Source: a virus
Lineage: Duplodnaviria > Caudoviricetes
IMG/VR virus record: IMGVR_UViG_3300032104_000023
Location: 1-43,837 of that record
Direction: 5' to 3' (one strand)
Length of the DNA: 43,837 nt
Made by a program: the position numbers and the translations under genes. Below the pieces are notes generated by a model. That model was not told where the DNA came from. It worked only from the letters and a program-made list of their open reading frames with translations, and did not search any database. Of this stretch, positions 25,991-35,999 are shown piece by piece. Each line of letters begins with the position of its first letter. Position 1 is the stretch's first letter.

Positions 25991-26800
25991 TTAGAACCTA
26001 AACTGGGTACGTTGTGGAGTTAGCGTGGGTATAAGTCCCTCTTCTAGCTCCGTGAAGAAGTCCTCTGGGTTAATTCCTTGGAAGCTATCACCATCAGTTT
26101 CAACTCCACCTTTGAGGAAGCTGGATAGGATACCTATATCTGTAGGACTAAACGCACCTAATTCGGACCTGCTTATGGACTGCGTAGTCGGTAGGTCCAC
26201 CCCAAATTGTCCTGTACCAAGAATGCCAGCGCCTCCTGAACCTTCCAAGTCAAGGGCTAGACTAAATATATCCTGAATCTCGACATCAGACCTAGCTGCA
26301 CTCTGGGGAGTGAAACCCTGCTCCTCCAAACTGCGCTTAAATAACTCAAAGGCCACGAAGTCAGCAGGGTTGGCGCCTAGTTGAGCCTCTTGGAGTCTGC
26401 GAGCATCCGCATCCCGTGCCTCTTGGAGAGCTATACGCTGCCTCTCCAACTCCGCCAATTGAGTAGCTATAAACTCCTCTAAGGCTAGTCGGTCCGCGAA
26501 TTGTTCAGCTTGAAGTCCAGGTTGGACAGGAAGTGACAAAGGACTAGGAGCTGGAGCAGCAATTGAAGGACTAGGAACAGGTGCCGACACGGGTCTCGGT
26601 GGGGTAGGTTGAGGTGCAGCAGCCTGCCCAGGCCGCCATCCACCTATAAGAGCATTTTGCAGAGCAACGTTGGCTGCAGCCGACCCAGCAGGGGCCGTAA
26701 TCCCCAACTCGCTAAGATAACCTCTAATTTCACCCGATGTACCTCCTGGCCAGTTTCGCCCAAATATTCGTGCGTATGTCTGGAATGGAAACTCTGGCAT
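25991..26800 (-). CDS. Putative internal virion protein
   Basis: Pro-rich linker plus coiled coil; operon context. Confidence 0.55.
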   Translation of the reverse strand: MPEFPFQTYARIFGRNWPGGTSGEIRGYLSELGITAPAGSAAANVALQNALIGGWRPGQAAAPQPTPPRPVSAPVPSPSIAAPAPSPLSLPVQPGLQAEQFADRLALEEFIATQLAELERQRIALQEARDADARRLQEAQLGANPADFVAFELFKRSLEEQGFTPQSAARSDVEIQDIFSLALDLEGSGGAGILGTGQFGVDLPTTQSISRSELGAFSPTDIGILSSFLKGGVETDGDSFQGINPEDFFTELEEGLIPTLTPQRTQFRF

Positions 26801-26801
26801 C

Positions 26802-27692
26802 CTAGCCTCCTACAAATCCTCTTGCTATCGCTATAGCCTCATCAAGAGCAGCACCAGAAGGCACTCCTATATCAGTTAATACAGGTGTCTGATTAACTAT
26901 ATCGGTAGCCATACCAAAGGGGTCAAAGTCGATAGGACTGGCCTCAAGTGTAGGTCTACCTATCCGTTCACCAACATCTCCGGGACCTCGTCCAGGGAGA
27001 AACTCTGAGTCTCGTGGAATGGTGAAGGGCTGTATGCCTATGAACTGATTGCCAGCCTCACTAAAGGCATCTAGGCGACGGTTGAACTCACCTAAGGCCT
27101 GCTCGGTACTAAGTCGTTTAGAGTCCACCTCAATTTCCAACTCAGCAATGGTGCCTGTAATGAAGGTGGCAAGGTTCTGAGCCTGTACTTGGGAACGCTG
27201 AATAGCTAATTCGGCAGCAGTAGGCCCTGTGGAGCCTATACCCCCACCAGGAAAGCCTGTATCAACGTTCTGTCTTGCCTCATTTGCCTCAGCCCACCAA
27301 ACATTGCTAAATACAGCCCCCGTCTCACCTTTCCTGGCAGGTATCATCTCCCCAACAACATCATCCCACTTCCAATAGAAGTCGTCAGGGTTCAGGGGAG
27401 GAATCTCGCCTATAGTAGCAGAAACACCATCAGCTAATTGGGCACCTCTGAACGTAGGGTCTATACCTATCGTTTGTGAGGGCGGAGCAAAACGAGAAGG
27501 CACCCGGACAGGCTCAGGTGCCGAAGGAGGCAGGCGCCTCTCAACTACAGGTAAACCTTTTAGCTGATTTACTTCAGTTTGAGCATCTTCCCGTGAGAAG
27601 AACGTTCGAGAAAGAAAGGTATTAGGCCCAGTGGCAACACTATATTGACCTCGACGGCCTCTCTCTACTACAAAAGGATAATGTGTGGGCAT
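26802..27692 (-). CDS. Putative internal virion protein
   Basis: 296 aa; operon context. Confidence 0.55.
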   Translation of the reverse strand: MPTHYPFVVERGRRGQYSVATGPNTFLSRTFFSREDAQTEVNQLKGLPVVERRLPPSAPEPVRVPSRFAPPSQTIGIDPTFRGAQLADGVSATIGEIPPLNPDDFYWKWDDVVGEMIPARKGETGAVFSNVWWAEANEARQNVDTGFPGGGIGSTGPTAAELAIQRSQVQAQNLATFITGTIAELEIEVDSKRLSTEQALGEFNRRLDAFSEAGNQFIGIQPFTIPRDSEFLPGRGPGDVGERIGRPTLEASPIDFDPFGMATDIVNQTPVLTDIGVPSGAALDEAIAIARGFVGG

Positions 27693-27997
27693 TACACTGC
27701 CCTCCTTGAGAAGGCCATCTTATTCATCTTAGCCACAAAGTCCTCTAGGTCCTCACGCACTAACTCCTCCGCCTTAGGCTTACCACGATGTCGGTCAGTT
27801 AGTTTGTTAGTCAAGGCTTCCCAATCCTCTGGAGTCATAGATATAAAGCGGTCAACCTGCTCGCTAGGTGTAAGAGGTACACTACCATACGGATAGCCCT
27901 CCTCTAGGGCTTGTATAAGCTCCTCTCTGGTCTTGATATACCAGGCAGCAGCCTCCTTAGCTACCTCATCTAATGAGGGGCCTGTTACGATGGCCAT
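27692..27997 (-). CDS. Hypothetical protein after portal
   Basis: TAATG overlaps at both ends; PYGS..L motif. Confidence 0.7.
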   Translation of the reverse strand: MAIVTGPSLDEVAKEAAAWYIKTREELIQALEEGYPYGSVPLTPSEQVDRFISMTPEDWEALTNKLTDRHRGKPKAEELVREDLEDFVAKMNKMAFSRRAV

Positions 27998-29922
27998 TAG
28001 AGTTGCTCCAATCCAGGTGTTGAACCTGATATTTCTGGAGGCTGTCTAGGCTGGCCTTGGCGAGTACGGCCTCCCATAGATTGCAGCATCTCGATGATGG
28101 CAGCCCTAGAGCCCTCACTAGCGGGTGGAATACCTCTCCCATCCGAGCCCCCATTCTGAGACTGTACAGGCCGACCATCGGGACCGACCAGTTGAGGTTG
28201 TGGAGAAGGCAAGACACCTACAGTCTGCAACACATCCTCTAGCAGGGAAGGCTTCATTAGCTCTTGTATGTCTTGAAGCATCCTAGCCTTTATTTCATCC
28301 TCTGGCTGGTCCATACGGAGACCTAGCTCTAGGAATGTACGGCGAGTAATATGACCCTGAGTGTGCATACGGTCATAGAACTGACCTTCTGCAATAAGGT
28401 TTTGAGGTAGAAGAGGGTCTATGTCAACCATAATGGTAGCAGGCCATTCTGTTATGTCCTTAGGAGTGAGCGACATATCATCTACCCATATTTCCTGCCG
28501 GGCGCGAGTAACTAGTTGGCCTTCTAGCCAATCTATCAGGCTAACCAAGCAGCCACTATAGGAGTCCACTAGGTATTGGAACTGGCTCTTAGCCATCATA
28601 AAGAGGGAGTTGTCACGGAAGCCAGACCCGGCCGCACTAGGCGGCTCACCCTTAAAGATAGGAGAAACACCATGTTGCCCCATTATCTGCATAAGGATTT
28701 GGATAAAGGGCATAGCACCAAAGACATCTGCCACATTTGCAAACGGGTCGATAACCTTGGAACCGGCAGGTAGAGCAGTGGCCTTTTCAGCCGAGAATGT
28801 GTAAGTTCTAGGCTGGGGCTGGTTGTCCTCACCAGGTTTGTTGACTATTTCGGTCTCAGGGGTAAAACCTTCAGGGACCTCAAGAGTTAGACGCTTACGG
28901 ACAAGTAGCTCGACAGCCTCACCCATACGGGTTAGAGCACGGTTGATGAGGGGCTCATTGTGGCGAAATGATTCGGCAACGGAAATACCAATCTTGTCAG
29001 GGTCCTTGCTACTGGTAGTACGGCCTAGGCACATGAAGTATTGGACGCTAGGGTCCCCTACTTCTTGGTAGACTAGGCGACCATTAACATAGACCTGATA
29101 TACACCCTTAGAGTTAGGCAGCCTCTCACGACGGTATTCCGTAACTAGGACCATTGTGGCCTCGCTAAGGCCCGCTGCTAGAGGTCTAATAGTTTGGTCG
29201 GGTTGACCAGGTGTGGCTGCTACCGCCTCTGCAATCTCCTGATTAAGAGTGTCTGGGAAGGTCTCAAGTTGCTTATCCGTATCAAGGCCAAACGCAGGGT
29301 AGACCTCGCGCTTGGACTTCCAGGAGTGTTCAATTGATTCAACAATCTGATTGCCTGGCCCCAGTCGGAAGTAAAAGGTAAGAGGATGAATGGTAAAGAC
29401 TCGGAAGGGTGGCCCCCACTTCCGCTTTAGAGCCTTCACGCGGTCCCTAAAGTCCTTATCATTTTCACCTTTAAGTCGCTTGCGCTCCTCTTTAGGCCAG
29501 GGGTAGTAAGCGGCCTTTAGGATACCTATACCCAGTCCAGCTTGGGCATCCACTAACTCAGCCTTAACTGCGACAGGTTTACCTATCCATTTAAGGAACT
29601 GAGTCCAGAAGGCTTCTCTCTTACTGGTGTTCTCCTGGGCAGGGTTGCCACTACGGAGAGCCTTGAGGACTACATTAGGTTCATTGGATGTAAGAGAGGC
29701 CTTGACGTTCTCGATTAACTCACTTGCGGCCCCTATGCGAACCTCTAGTCCAGAGGTTTTTTCACCCTTTGGTAATTGGATAATATCCTCATAATTCCGC
29801 AGTAACTCTACCTCATTCATCTTGGTGTGTAGGCCCCGCAGCTCATCCTGGAGTTCTCCTAGGAGACGGTGAACATAGGTAGGGTCTACGGCTGGTTCTA
29901 TCTCAGCAGCCACGTCAGGCAT
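27997..29922 (-). CDS. Portal protein (podovirus-like)
   Basis: 641 aa after TerL; GIGILK, IHPLTFYF, GISVAE, FKGE..AGSG, Q/P-rich tail. Confidence 0.8.
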   Translation of the reverse strand: MPDVAAEIEPAVDPTYVHRLLGELQDELRGLHTKMNEVELLRNYEDIIQLPKGEKTSGLEVRIGAASELIENVKASLTSNEPNVVLKALRSGNPAQENTSKREAFWTQFLKWIGKPVAVKAELVDAQAGLGIGILKAAYYPWPKEERKRLKGENDKDFRDRVKALKRKWGPPFRVFTIHPLTFYFRLGPGNQIVESIEHSWKSKREVYPAFGLDTDKQLETFPDTLNQEIAEAVAATPGQPDQTIRPLAAGLSEATMVLVTEYRRERLPNSKGVYQVYVNGRLVYQEVGDPSVQYFMCLGRTTSSKDPDKIGISVAESFRHNEPLINRALTRMGEAVELLVRKRLTLEVPEGFTPETEIVNKPGEDNQPQPRTYTFSAEKATALPAGSKVIDPFANVADVFGAMPFIQILMQIMGQHGVSPIFKGEPPSAAGSGFRDNSLFMMAKSQFQYLVDSYSGCLVSLIDWLEGQLVTRARQEIWVDDMSLTPKDITEWPATIMVDIDPLLPQNLIAEGQFYDRMHTQGHITRRTFLELGLRMDQPEDEIKARMLQDIQELMKPSLLEDVLQTVGVLPSPQPQLVGPDGRPVQSQNGGSDGRGIPPASEGSRAAIIEMLQSMGGRTRQGQPRQPPEISGSTPGLEQL

Positions 29923-30151
29923 TAGACCACAACTTCCTTAATTGCTCCTCGGAAACAGACAAATCAACATAGGAAGATACTAAATCAGGAGAAAATCGTT
30001 TGGCTGCTACCATCCAGCCACAATGATAAGCCTGAGTTATCAATTTAGCCAATTCTTGGTCTTCCTCAGTATCCCTATGTAAACTACTTGCAAACTCTAC
30101 TATATCCAAGGTATACCTATCAACTATTTCCCTTAGAGTTACTTTAGGCAT
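29915..30151 (-). CDS. Hypothetical protein between TerL and portal
   Basis: Overlaps both neighbours; more AT-rich than flanks. Confidence 0.6.
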   Translation of the reverse strand: MPKVTLREIVDRYTLDIVEFASSLHRDTEEDQELAKLITQAYHCGWMVAAKRFSPDLVSSYVDLSVSEEQLRKLWSNA

Positions 30152-33100
30152 TAAAAGCCTCTCAAGCTTACTTCCAGCATAGGACTCCCCGCCAAGGACT
30201 CAGCCATTACACAGGCTATAGCCAGAGCATCGAGACGGTCATCATGGCGATGGCTGCCGGTCGGGGAGAAGGAGCATAGCTCATCCTCTAAGGATACACC
30301 ATCTACTAATGGAAGGTCTTTGGGTATAAATAGGCGACCACTTGCAAACAGCGAATCCAGGTATAAGGCTCTACCAGTCTTATCGCGGTCAAGGCCCAGT
30401 ATCTTCATCTGAACGTTACGCCGAGTACGGTAGGGAATCTCCCTGAATGGAAGCTGGTGACGCCGACGCATACCTTGGAGGAGGCTGAGTTGGAAGCCAG
30501 CAGTCTCAAGTCCTACAGCACGGAGTCCCGCAGTTCTCTTAGACAAGGTGACAATCTTGGCTTCCAGGTCAGGAGTCTCCACCTTAGCAGCCCACATATC
30601 CACTAGGTACATCCACTTAGTACGAAGGTCTATACCAACGGTAGCTATGGCAGAGTTATGACTAACTAAGCCCTCGGCAATAAAGGTCCTAGATTCCGTC
30701 TGTATTCCTATAAGCTCCTGTTCGCCTATAAACTCAATATCTGTTATAGTAGCATAGGCCTCATCAGCATAATGAGCACCAAGAGGTAAACTGTGATTCT
30801 CTAAGTTGAATCCCTCCAACAATCGTGTGGGACGCACAGTTCCCAGGAACCTCATAGTATCCGCTAGATTAGATGTAACACCCCACTTCTCCAGCCTACC
30901 ATTCCCATTGCCATGCCTGACAGGCGCAAACCCTATATCCTCCAAGACAGCTACCACTTTATCAATTGTCTCGCCAGGATTTTGTCCTATACCAATTGAA
31001 ACTTGGCCAAGATAGCCCTCACCATCTATGAAACCATCTATATAACCCGCTTCTCTGGACTCGTCATAGTCCCATACAGAAGGGCATAGGTTCCTAATTT
31101 GCGTTCCCACCTTAAGCTCGAATGTTTCTACCCACTCTAGGCTATGAGGAGTAGCCCAATCAAGACTATATCCCCCACCATACCTTGCTGAAACACGGGT
31201 TAACCACCTATGTTGAGAACTTGAAACTACAGAACGGCCGTCAGCAAAGGAGATTCGGTAAGTGGGCTGTCTAACCTTAGTGCTAGCCAAGACGGGGGTA
31301 TTGACCAACATCCGTCTATGATGCTTAGGAGCATACTCGTCAACACCTACTAGGGAATCGCCTTTCTCCAAATCCTCAATGCACACCCACGATAGGTCAC
31401 TACGAAGCACCCGCGTACCAAACGCCAGACAGTAGTCCGCATACGTGGCAGTCGAGGCAGCAGGGTCTATCCCCATGACAAACTGCATAGGATTCTTAGG
31501 TATGAGAGCCTCATTCCAGTATTGGAGATGGTCACGGAGAATGATGTTACCCTTAACCGCCTGTGGATTACACATGAAGGTTAAGGCAAATAGGATGTCT
31601 CCCTTGTCCCTGTGAATCCTCTCAATCTTCTCCAGTGGGAACTTAGTAGGAGATAGTGTAGGACCCCAAGGATAAGGGCCTGCAATTGGCATTTCGTAGA
31701 TTGTGAAACCCATCTCCTTGAAGGTGGACACGAGGTCATTCTGTCCCCAACGGGTGAGGATAACCACTATACGGCCATCCTCCATTAGACGGTCCAGGAT
31801 GACACCTCTAATCTTCTCTACCTGGGAGGCCATAGTGGTAGGACTCTTAACATCGTCCTGGTCAGTGGGGTCATCTATAATGATGATGTTAAAATGTAGT
31901 CCTTGGTAGGGACCATTGAGGCCTGTACCCATGAGTGTAGGGTCAGGGTCCTCGATGGAACGTCTCACAAACAGGACATTCTTAGTCCATTGAGCCTCAG
32001 TATCCTCTTCAACGTCGAAGGCTGCCCTGTAGACATTGTTGGATTGGATGGTCTGGCTGATAGCCATGACCTGCTTCTGGGCCTGCTCCCCAGTGTTCAT
32101 TATCCAAAGCACCCTGACATTGGGATTCTTGCCTATCTCTCGCTCCACAAAGTCACGAACAGTGGTTGAGTTATGAGTAGGTGTGAAACCTCTGCCTGCT
32201 AAGAACAACCCAGATGGATTAGAGACGCTTATACACCGGACAGGCCTTGGTGCCACAGATGTAACAGCTACAATAGGCTTACCCTGCCTCTTAGGACCTG
32301 GTCTGTCAAGAGCCTGCTGCTTGCGCCGGATACGGAACACTTCGAGATGAGTAGGAAATGTAACATGCCACTTTTGGCCCACATAAGTTCCGTTCAACTT
32401 AGCCTCATACTCATGTATAGAGGCTACTAATCCCAAGGACCTTGCCAACTCTAACACACCATATGCAAGGTGCTCGTTAGTATTGACAAATATACAACCG
32501 CTCTTACCAGGTGAACCATCCGTATCCATCAAACCTTGCAAGAGTTCCCACCTTGACTCTACAGATGCCTGCAGATAACACTTGGGAATATGCTTATTGT
32601 TCAGCAGACCCAGCTCTTGCAGTTCAGGGTGAAGACCATAGACTGTCCGCGTCAACTCATGATCAGACAGCTTGTAGCCATCCCTAACTATCGAGTCCCA
32701 AACCTCAAAGTCAGTGTTTGTGATTCTACCGTTAGCAGAATGTCCGTCGCCTAGCCAAGCACCTAGAGTATATGGAGCAATGACGAGGTGAGAACCTTGA
32801 TACTCTACTGCCTCAGTAACAGGAACATGATGATTCCAACCACCACGGCCTTGGATACGCACAGTAGTGAATAATTCCTCCGTAGTCTTTACTGACCCAC
32901 TAGGCGTACGCACTCTAGGTCCATGAGTACCTACTCTGGGGTCTGTCGAACCTCTCAACAATGCGGCTACCGCTCTGCGCTCGGTCTTCTCATCAGCTAG
33001 TTTGCCATCTAGGTCCTTGCGTGTCCTTGTGAGCCACAAATGGTCCGCATCCGCAACGATAGAAGTACCGTCACCAAAACTAACTTCGTAACAGGTACGG

Positions 33101-33420
33101 TCCTCCCAAGTGGACGAAATACCCACTACATAGGTGGGTTTACCATGTTCGTCAAATACCTCGTCATCCACCTGTAAGTCACCGAACCTTCTCCAGCCTA
33201 GAGGTGTTGGAATCTGAGTTTCCAAGTCTAAGGCTTTGTAGGTATCTGGAGGACAGACAATTACGGTACGATTACGAGTTTCTAGGGCCTCAGCCCAAGC
33301 ATCCTGGTAAGGCTCGTATTCACGGTGGTGGACGGCCTTAGCATAGGTACGGGCGTCACCATCACGAGCCGCTAGAGCACGGGTAGTGAGGTCATCCAAT
33401 ACAGGAGTCTCTATTACCAC
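30151..33420 (-). CDS. terL: Terminase large subunit with two inteins (about 475 aa spliced)
   Basis: PYQ, Walker A PPDTYK|ST, Walker B IIIIDD, coupling motif LTRW, nuclease GIDPA...DY|S, HDDRLDALA. Confidence 0.95.
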   Translation of the reverse strand: MVIETPVLDDLTTRALAARDGDARTYAKAVHHREYEPYQDAWAEALETRNRTVIVCPPDTYKALDLETQIPTPLGWRRFGDLQVDDEVFDEHGKPTYVVGISSTWEDRTCYEVSFGDGTSIVADADHLWLTRTRKDLDGKLADEKTERRAVAALLRGSTDPRVGTHGPRVRTPSGSVKTTEELFTTVRIQGRGGWNHHVPVTEAVEYQGSHLVIAPYTLGAWLGDGHSANGRITNTDFEVWDSIVRDGYKLSDHELTRTVYGLHPELQELGLLNNKHIPKCYLQASVESRWELLQGLMDTDGSPGKSGCIFVNTNEHLAYGVLELARSLGLVASIHEYEAKLNGTYVGQKWHVTFPTHLEVFRIRRKQQALDRPGPKRQGKPIVAVTSVAPRPVRCISVSNPSGLFLAGRGFTPTHNSTTVRDFVEREIGKNPNVRVLWIMNTGEQAQKQVMAISQTIQSNNVYRAAFDVEEDTEAQWTKNVLFVRRSIEDPDPTLMGTGLNGPYQGLHFNIIIIDDPTDQDDVKSPTTMASQVEKIRGVILDRLMEDGRIVVILTRWGQNDLVSTFKEMGFTIYEMPIAGPYPWGPTLSPTKFPLEKIERIHRDKGDILFALTFMCNPQAVKGNIILRDHLQYWNEALIPKNPMQFVMGIDPAASTATYADYCLAFGTRVLRSDLSWVCIEDLEKGDSLVGVDEYAPKHHRRMLVNTPVLASTKVRQPTYRISFADGRSVVSSSQHRWLTRVSARYGGGYSLDWATPHSLEWVETFELKVGTQIRNLCPSVWDYDESREAGYIDGFIDGEGYLGQVSIGIGQNPGETIDKVVAVLEDIGFAPVRHGNGNGRLEKWGVTSNLADTMRFLGTVRPTRLLEGFNLENHSLPLGAHYADEAYATITDIEFIGEQELIGIQTESRTFIAEGLVSHNSAIATVGIDLRTKWMYLVDMWAAKVETPDLEAKIVTLSKRTAGLRAVGLETAGFQLSLLQGMRRRHQLPFREIPYRTRRNVQMKILGLDRDKTGRALYLDSLFASGRLFIPKDLPLVDGVSLEDELCSFSPTGSHRHDDRLDALAIACVMAESLAGSPMLEVSLRGF
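30655..31431 (-). mobile_element. Class 1 intein (259 aa), single LAGLIDADG motif, in the TerL nuclease domain
   Basis: Y|CLAFGTRVL start, SSQHRW, GYIDGFIDGEG, end VSHN|S. Confidence 0.92.
32170..33234 (-). mobile_element. Class 3 intein (355 aa) with LAGLIDADG endonuclease, in the TerL Walker A
   Basis: K|ALDLETQIPT start; WCT triad (DHLW, VRCISV, THN|S); LGAWLGDG and LLQGLMDTDG. Confidence 0.92.
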
Positions 33421-34094
33421 TAGTCCAGAACCTCACCCTCAAGCGGCCCATCACCATTAGGGGATTCTATCTGAGGATTCTCCTGGGCTATACGTCTATT
33501 AGCCTCAAACCTATCCAGCAGTTCTCTAGCAGCAGTACGCCTAGCGTTCTCATCATCCACCTGCCGGCCCTCAACGGTAACCGTGACACTCTCACGATAG
33601 GCACCTGGAGGTAGGTGGTCAGCATCAGGTTCTAATGCCTTCTGTAAGGCTATAAGGTCCTGAGGAGAGTATTGTTTACGGATGGCCTTAAGGAGGGAGG
33701 TCTCACGGTCTGTCATACCGCCCAGGTTATAGTTAGCCTTGTAGAGTAGCTTAAAGTCTAGCCTAAGAGCCATACGGAAGTTCCGCATAAACTCCATCTG
33801 GAACAGGTCATGGGCTAGGTTGTTTTGAAGCCAGGCTAGACCATCTCCGGATTCCCACTTGCGGAAGTCAGGGTCCTCCCTACGCCACTTTTTAACTACG
33901 GCAAAGGATATGCTGGCCAGCATACAGGATTCACGGACTGAGAAGCCTGATGCTCTATAACTAAGGTAGGAGGCCTTACGGGGATTCTTGTTAAGAGGTA
34001 TACGGGCCTTGAGCATCTCCTCGTAATTATCAGACTCAACGTCAGCCTTGCCTGACTCTACGACCTGTACACCTACTTCTTCTTGCTCAAGCAT
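33420..34094 (-). CDS. terS: Terminase small subunit
   Basis: HTH-like SVRESCMLASIS...WRREDPDF, directly upstream of TerL; ATG 34094 behind GAGGTG. Confidence 0.7.
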   Translation of the reverse strand: MLEQEEVGVQVVESGKADVESDNYEEMLKARIPLNKNPRKASYLSYRASGFSVRESCMLASISFAVVKKWRREDPDFRKWESGDGLAWLQNNLAHDLFQMEFMRNFRMALRLDFKLLYKANYNLGGMTDRETSLLKAIRKQYSPQDLIALQKALEPDADHLPPGAYRESVTVTVEGRQVDDENARRTAARELLDRFEANRRIAQENPQIESPNGDGPLEGEVLD

Positions 34095-34113
34095 AGTCAC
34101 CTCTCATACTTAT

Positions 34114-34142
34114 ATTATAGCACACTCAGAGGCACGTGTCAA
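34114..34142 (-). promoter_or_regulatory. Consensus sigma70 promoter for the terminase/virion operon
   Basis: TTGACA-17 nt-TATAAT with extended -10 TG. Confidence 0.88.
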
Positions 34143-34227
34143 ATATAATAGCATAGTATACAACAGTAGTTGCTAGTATAGGATAGTATGTAATAGCAAT
34201 TTGGAGGTGAAACGACTATTTACCCCC

Positions 34228-34325
34228 ATTCACAGTATGTAATTATGGGGGGTCGCCCTGAATTGCTAATGTGTATATACTGGTGAAGGGTTGACAACAA
34301 CCCCCCACTATTATATACTGTGAAT
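34228..34325. repeat. 26-bp imperfect inverted repeat (23/26)
   Basis: 34228-34253 ATTCACAGTATGTAATTATGGGGGGT vs reverse complement of 34300-34325 ATTCACAGTATATAATAGTGGGGGGT. Confidence 0.85.
34291..34319 (+). promoter_or_regulatory. Sigma70 promoter, rightward
   Basis: TTGACA-17 nt-TATACT. Confidence 0.82.
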
Positions 34326-34355
34326 AGAAGTTAATAGTCGTTGTAGGAGAAGAGT

Positions 34356-34919
34356 GTGATATTAGGCATTATGCACGTCAACAGGAAGAAAGGTAGACCT
34401 GGACAATGTAAGCGCTGCAAGGAAACTATTGACGTAGGAGAGGTTCATGCTGTAATTATAGTTAGGTATGGAAAAGCCCAAGAAGCGATGTTTAAGATGA
34501 AAGCAGCCCAGGGCCAAGCATGGACCAAGAAGGCTGGCCTGAAGTATAGGAGACTGCATCTGAAGGATTGCCTAGCCGAGTGGTTGGCATTTGTTTACCT
34601 CCAGCGCACCGAGGCCAGGCGAGAACATAAGGGGGGTAGGCCACCACTGCCATCAATGAACCCAGAGGAGAAGTTGATTAGACATCGACTGGTTCGTAAA
34701 AGGGCTGAAATCATCAGGCAGATTGATGCTACGAACAATAGTGCAAGGATAGCAGTATTGGCAGGCAGGCTTTTGCAACTTCAAGGCCAACTTAAGGTGC
34801 CCGTGACTCCACCGCTTAAAAAGAATATGTACAGGAACATAATGCTGTCCAAGGTACAAGGAAAAATTAACAAAGCTGAGGAGGCTGTTAATGGCTCCAT
34901 ACTACACACCCCTGCCTGA
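34356..34919 (+). CDS. Basic Zn-binding hypothetical protein
   Basis: CKRC...HLKDC, Lys/Arg-rich; AGGAG RBS. Confidence 0.65.
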   Translation: MILGIMHVNRKKGRPGQCKRCKETIDVGEVHAVIIVRYGKAQEAMFKMKAAQGQAWTKKAGLKYRRLHLKDCLAEWLAFVYLQRTEARREHKGGRPPLPSMNPEEKLIRHRLVRKRAEIIRQIDATNNSARIAVLAGRLLQLQGQLKVPVTPPLKKNMYRNIMLSKVQGKINKAEEAVNGSILHTPA

Positions 34920-35229
34920 ACGAGGCAACGAAGACGACTTTGCTCCCACGGAAGATACTACATACTGTAGGTGCTGCGGAGGCAAGGCTGAAATGGACGC
35001 CTTTTGCTTGCAGTGTCACCACAAGTATGATGAGTGGTGTGCCAGAGGAGATGGTAAGTGCCCCAACTGTGGGTACTTAGTGGACAACGAAGGCAAATGT
35101 GGTAGGTGTGGACACCAGAGGACTAAGGAAAACACGCAGGTTGCAAAGGCTACTAACTGCAACTATTGTGGCTTTATGCTGGATGTAGATAGCACTTGTA
35201 TAAGGGATAAATCACATACTGTGGTTTAG
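34891..35229 (+). CDS. Multi-Zn-ribbon protein
   Basis: Several CxxC pairs; GGAGG RBS. Confidence 0.65.
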   Translation: MAPYYTPLPERGNEDDFAPTEDTTYCRCCGGKAEMDAFCLQCHHKYDEWCARGDGKCPNCGYLVDNEGKCGRCGHQRTKENTQVAKATNCNYCGFMLDVDSTCIRDKSHTVV

Positions 35230-35238
35230 GAGAATACT

Positions 35239-35418
35239 ATGAATTACATAAACGGACTACGAGGTATACCGAGACTAATAGTGGGTACACTGGTAGTAGT
35301 TGTCGTGTTTGGCCTATTTCTATGGTCAACGGGACTCCTCGACGTTATACTGGGTGTGGAATGGATGAATAGGGAGAGCACCTGTAGTATGTCAGACGGC
35401 TCATGCTACCCTCCTTGA
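35239..35418 (+). CDS. Single-TM protein (59 aa)
   Basis: LIVGTLVVVVVFGLFLW; AGGAG RBS. Confidence 0.6.
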   Translation: MNYINGLRGIPRLIVGTLVVVVVFGLFLWSTGLLDVILGVEWMNRESTCSMSDGSCYPP

Positions 35419-35636
35419 ATGATAGGTTAGAGCAGGCTAACTGCCCTCAGTCCCCTACTAAGGTCCACCATTGGATGATACCAGGTATAGGAGCAGAACC
35501 AGTGGGTCGCTGCCAGTTCTGTGTTATGGAGAGGCAGTTCAAAGGCTGTAGTAACTACGACTGGGTGGATTACCAAAAGGCTAATGCTCGAAACCTTGAG
35601 TTGGCCTTAGAGGATGCCAAGGTTGGAAACTTATAA
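35403..35636 (+). CDS. Small Zn-binding protein
   Basis: CPQSPTKVHHWMI...GRCQFC. Confidence 0.6.
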   Translation: MLPSLNDRLEQANCPQSPTKVHHWMIPGIGAEPVGRCQFCVMERQFKGCSNYDWVDYQKANARNLELALEDAKVGNL

Positions 35637-35960
35637 AAATACCATATATTATAGGGGCGATAGATGGGGCAAGTTGTCTCCTTATATAGGTAAGCCTGTT
35701 GAGATGCTGCGGATATACCATCGTACTAAAGTCCTAATCACCATTGATGGCCGGAAGGTCCTTACTATGATGCGGTGCCTCAATACCTGAAAATTATAAA
35801 AATCTCCAGGTGAGTCTATTTCCCCATTCTAGGACTAGCGGCGAAGGCATAGCTATAGGCTGTTGCTAGCATGAGGATTCGGGTGTTAGGCTGCTAGTAA
35901 GGACTGAGTACCCGACCAATCATACCTCGTGAAATCCTTCACAATGTTAGTGACCATGAG

Positions 35961-35999
35961 AAAACCCTCATGCAGTAGTGAGCGGTTAGCATGAGGGTT
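35961..35999 (-). terminator. Terminator-like hairpin after the leftward gene
   Basis: 11-bp stem AACCCTCATGC/GCATGAGGGTT ending in a short U-run, 7 nt after the stop codon. Confidence 0.55.

Noticed and set aside
35663-35790. Small frameshifted ORF (MGQVVS / YIGKPVEMLRIY...)
   Set aside because: Too short and no recognisable family, so a pseudogene call is unsupported
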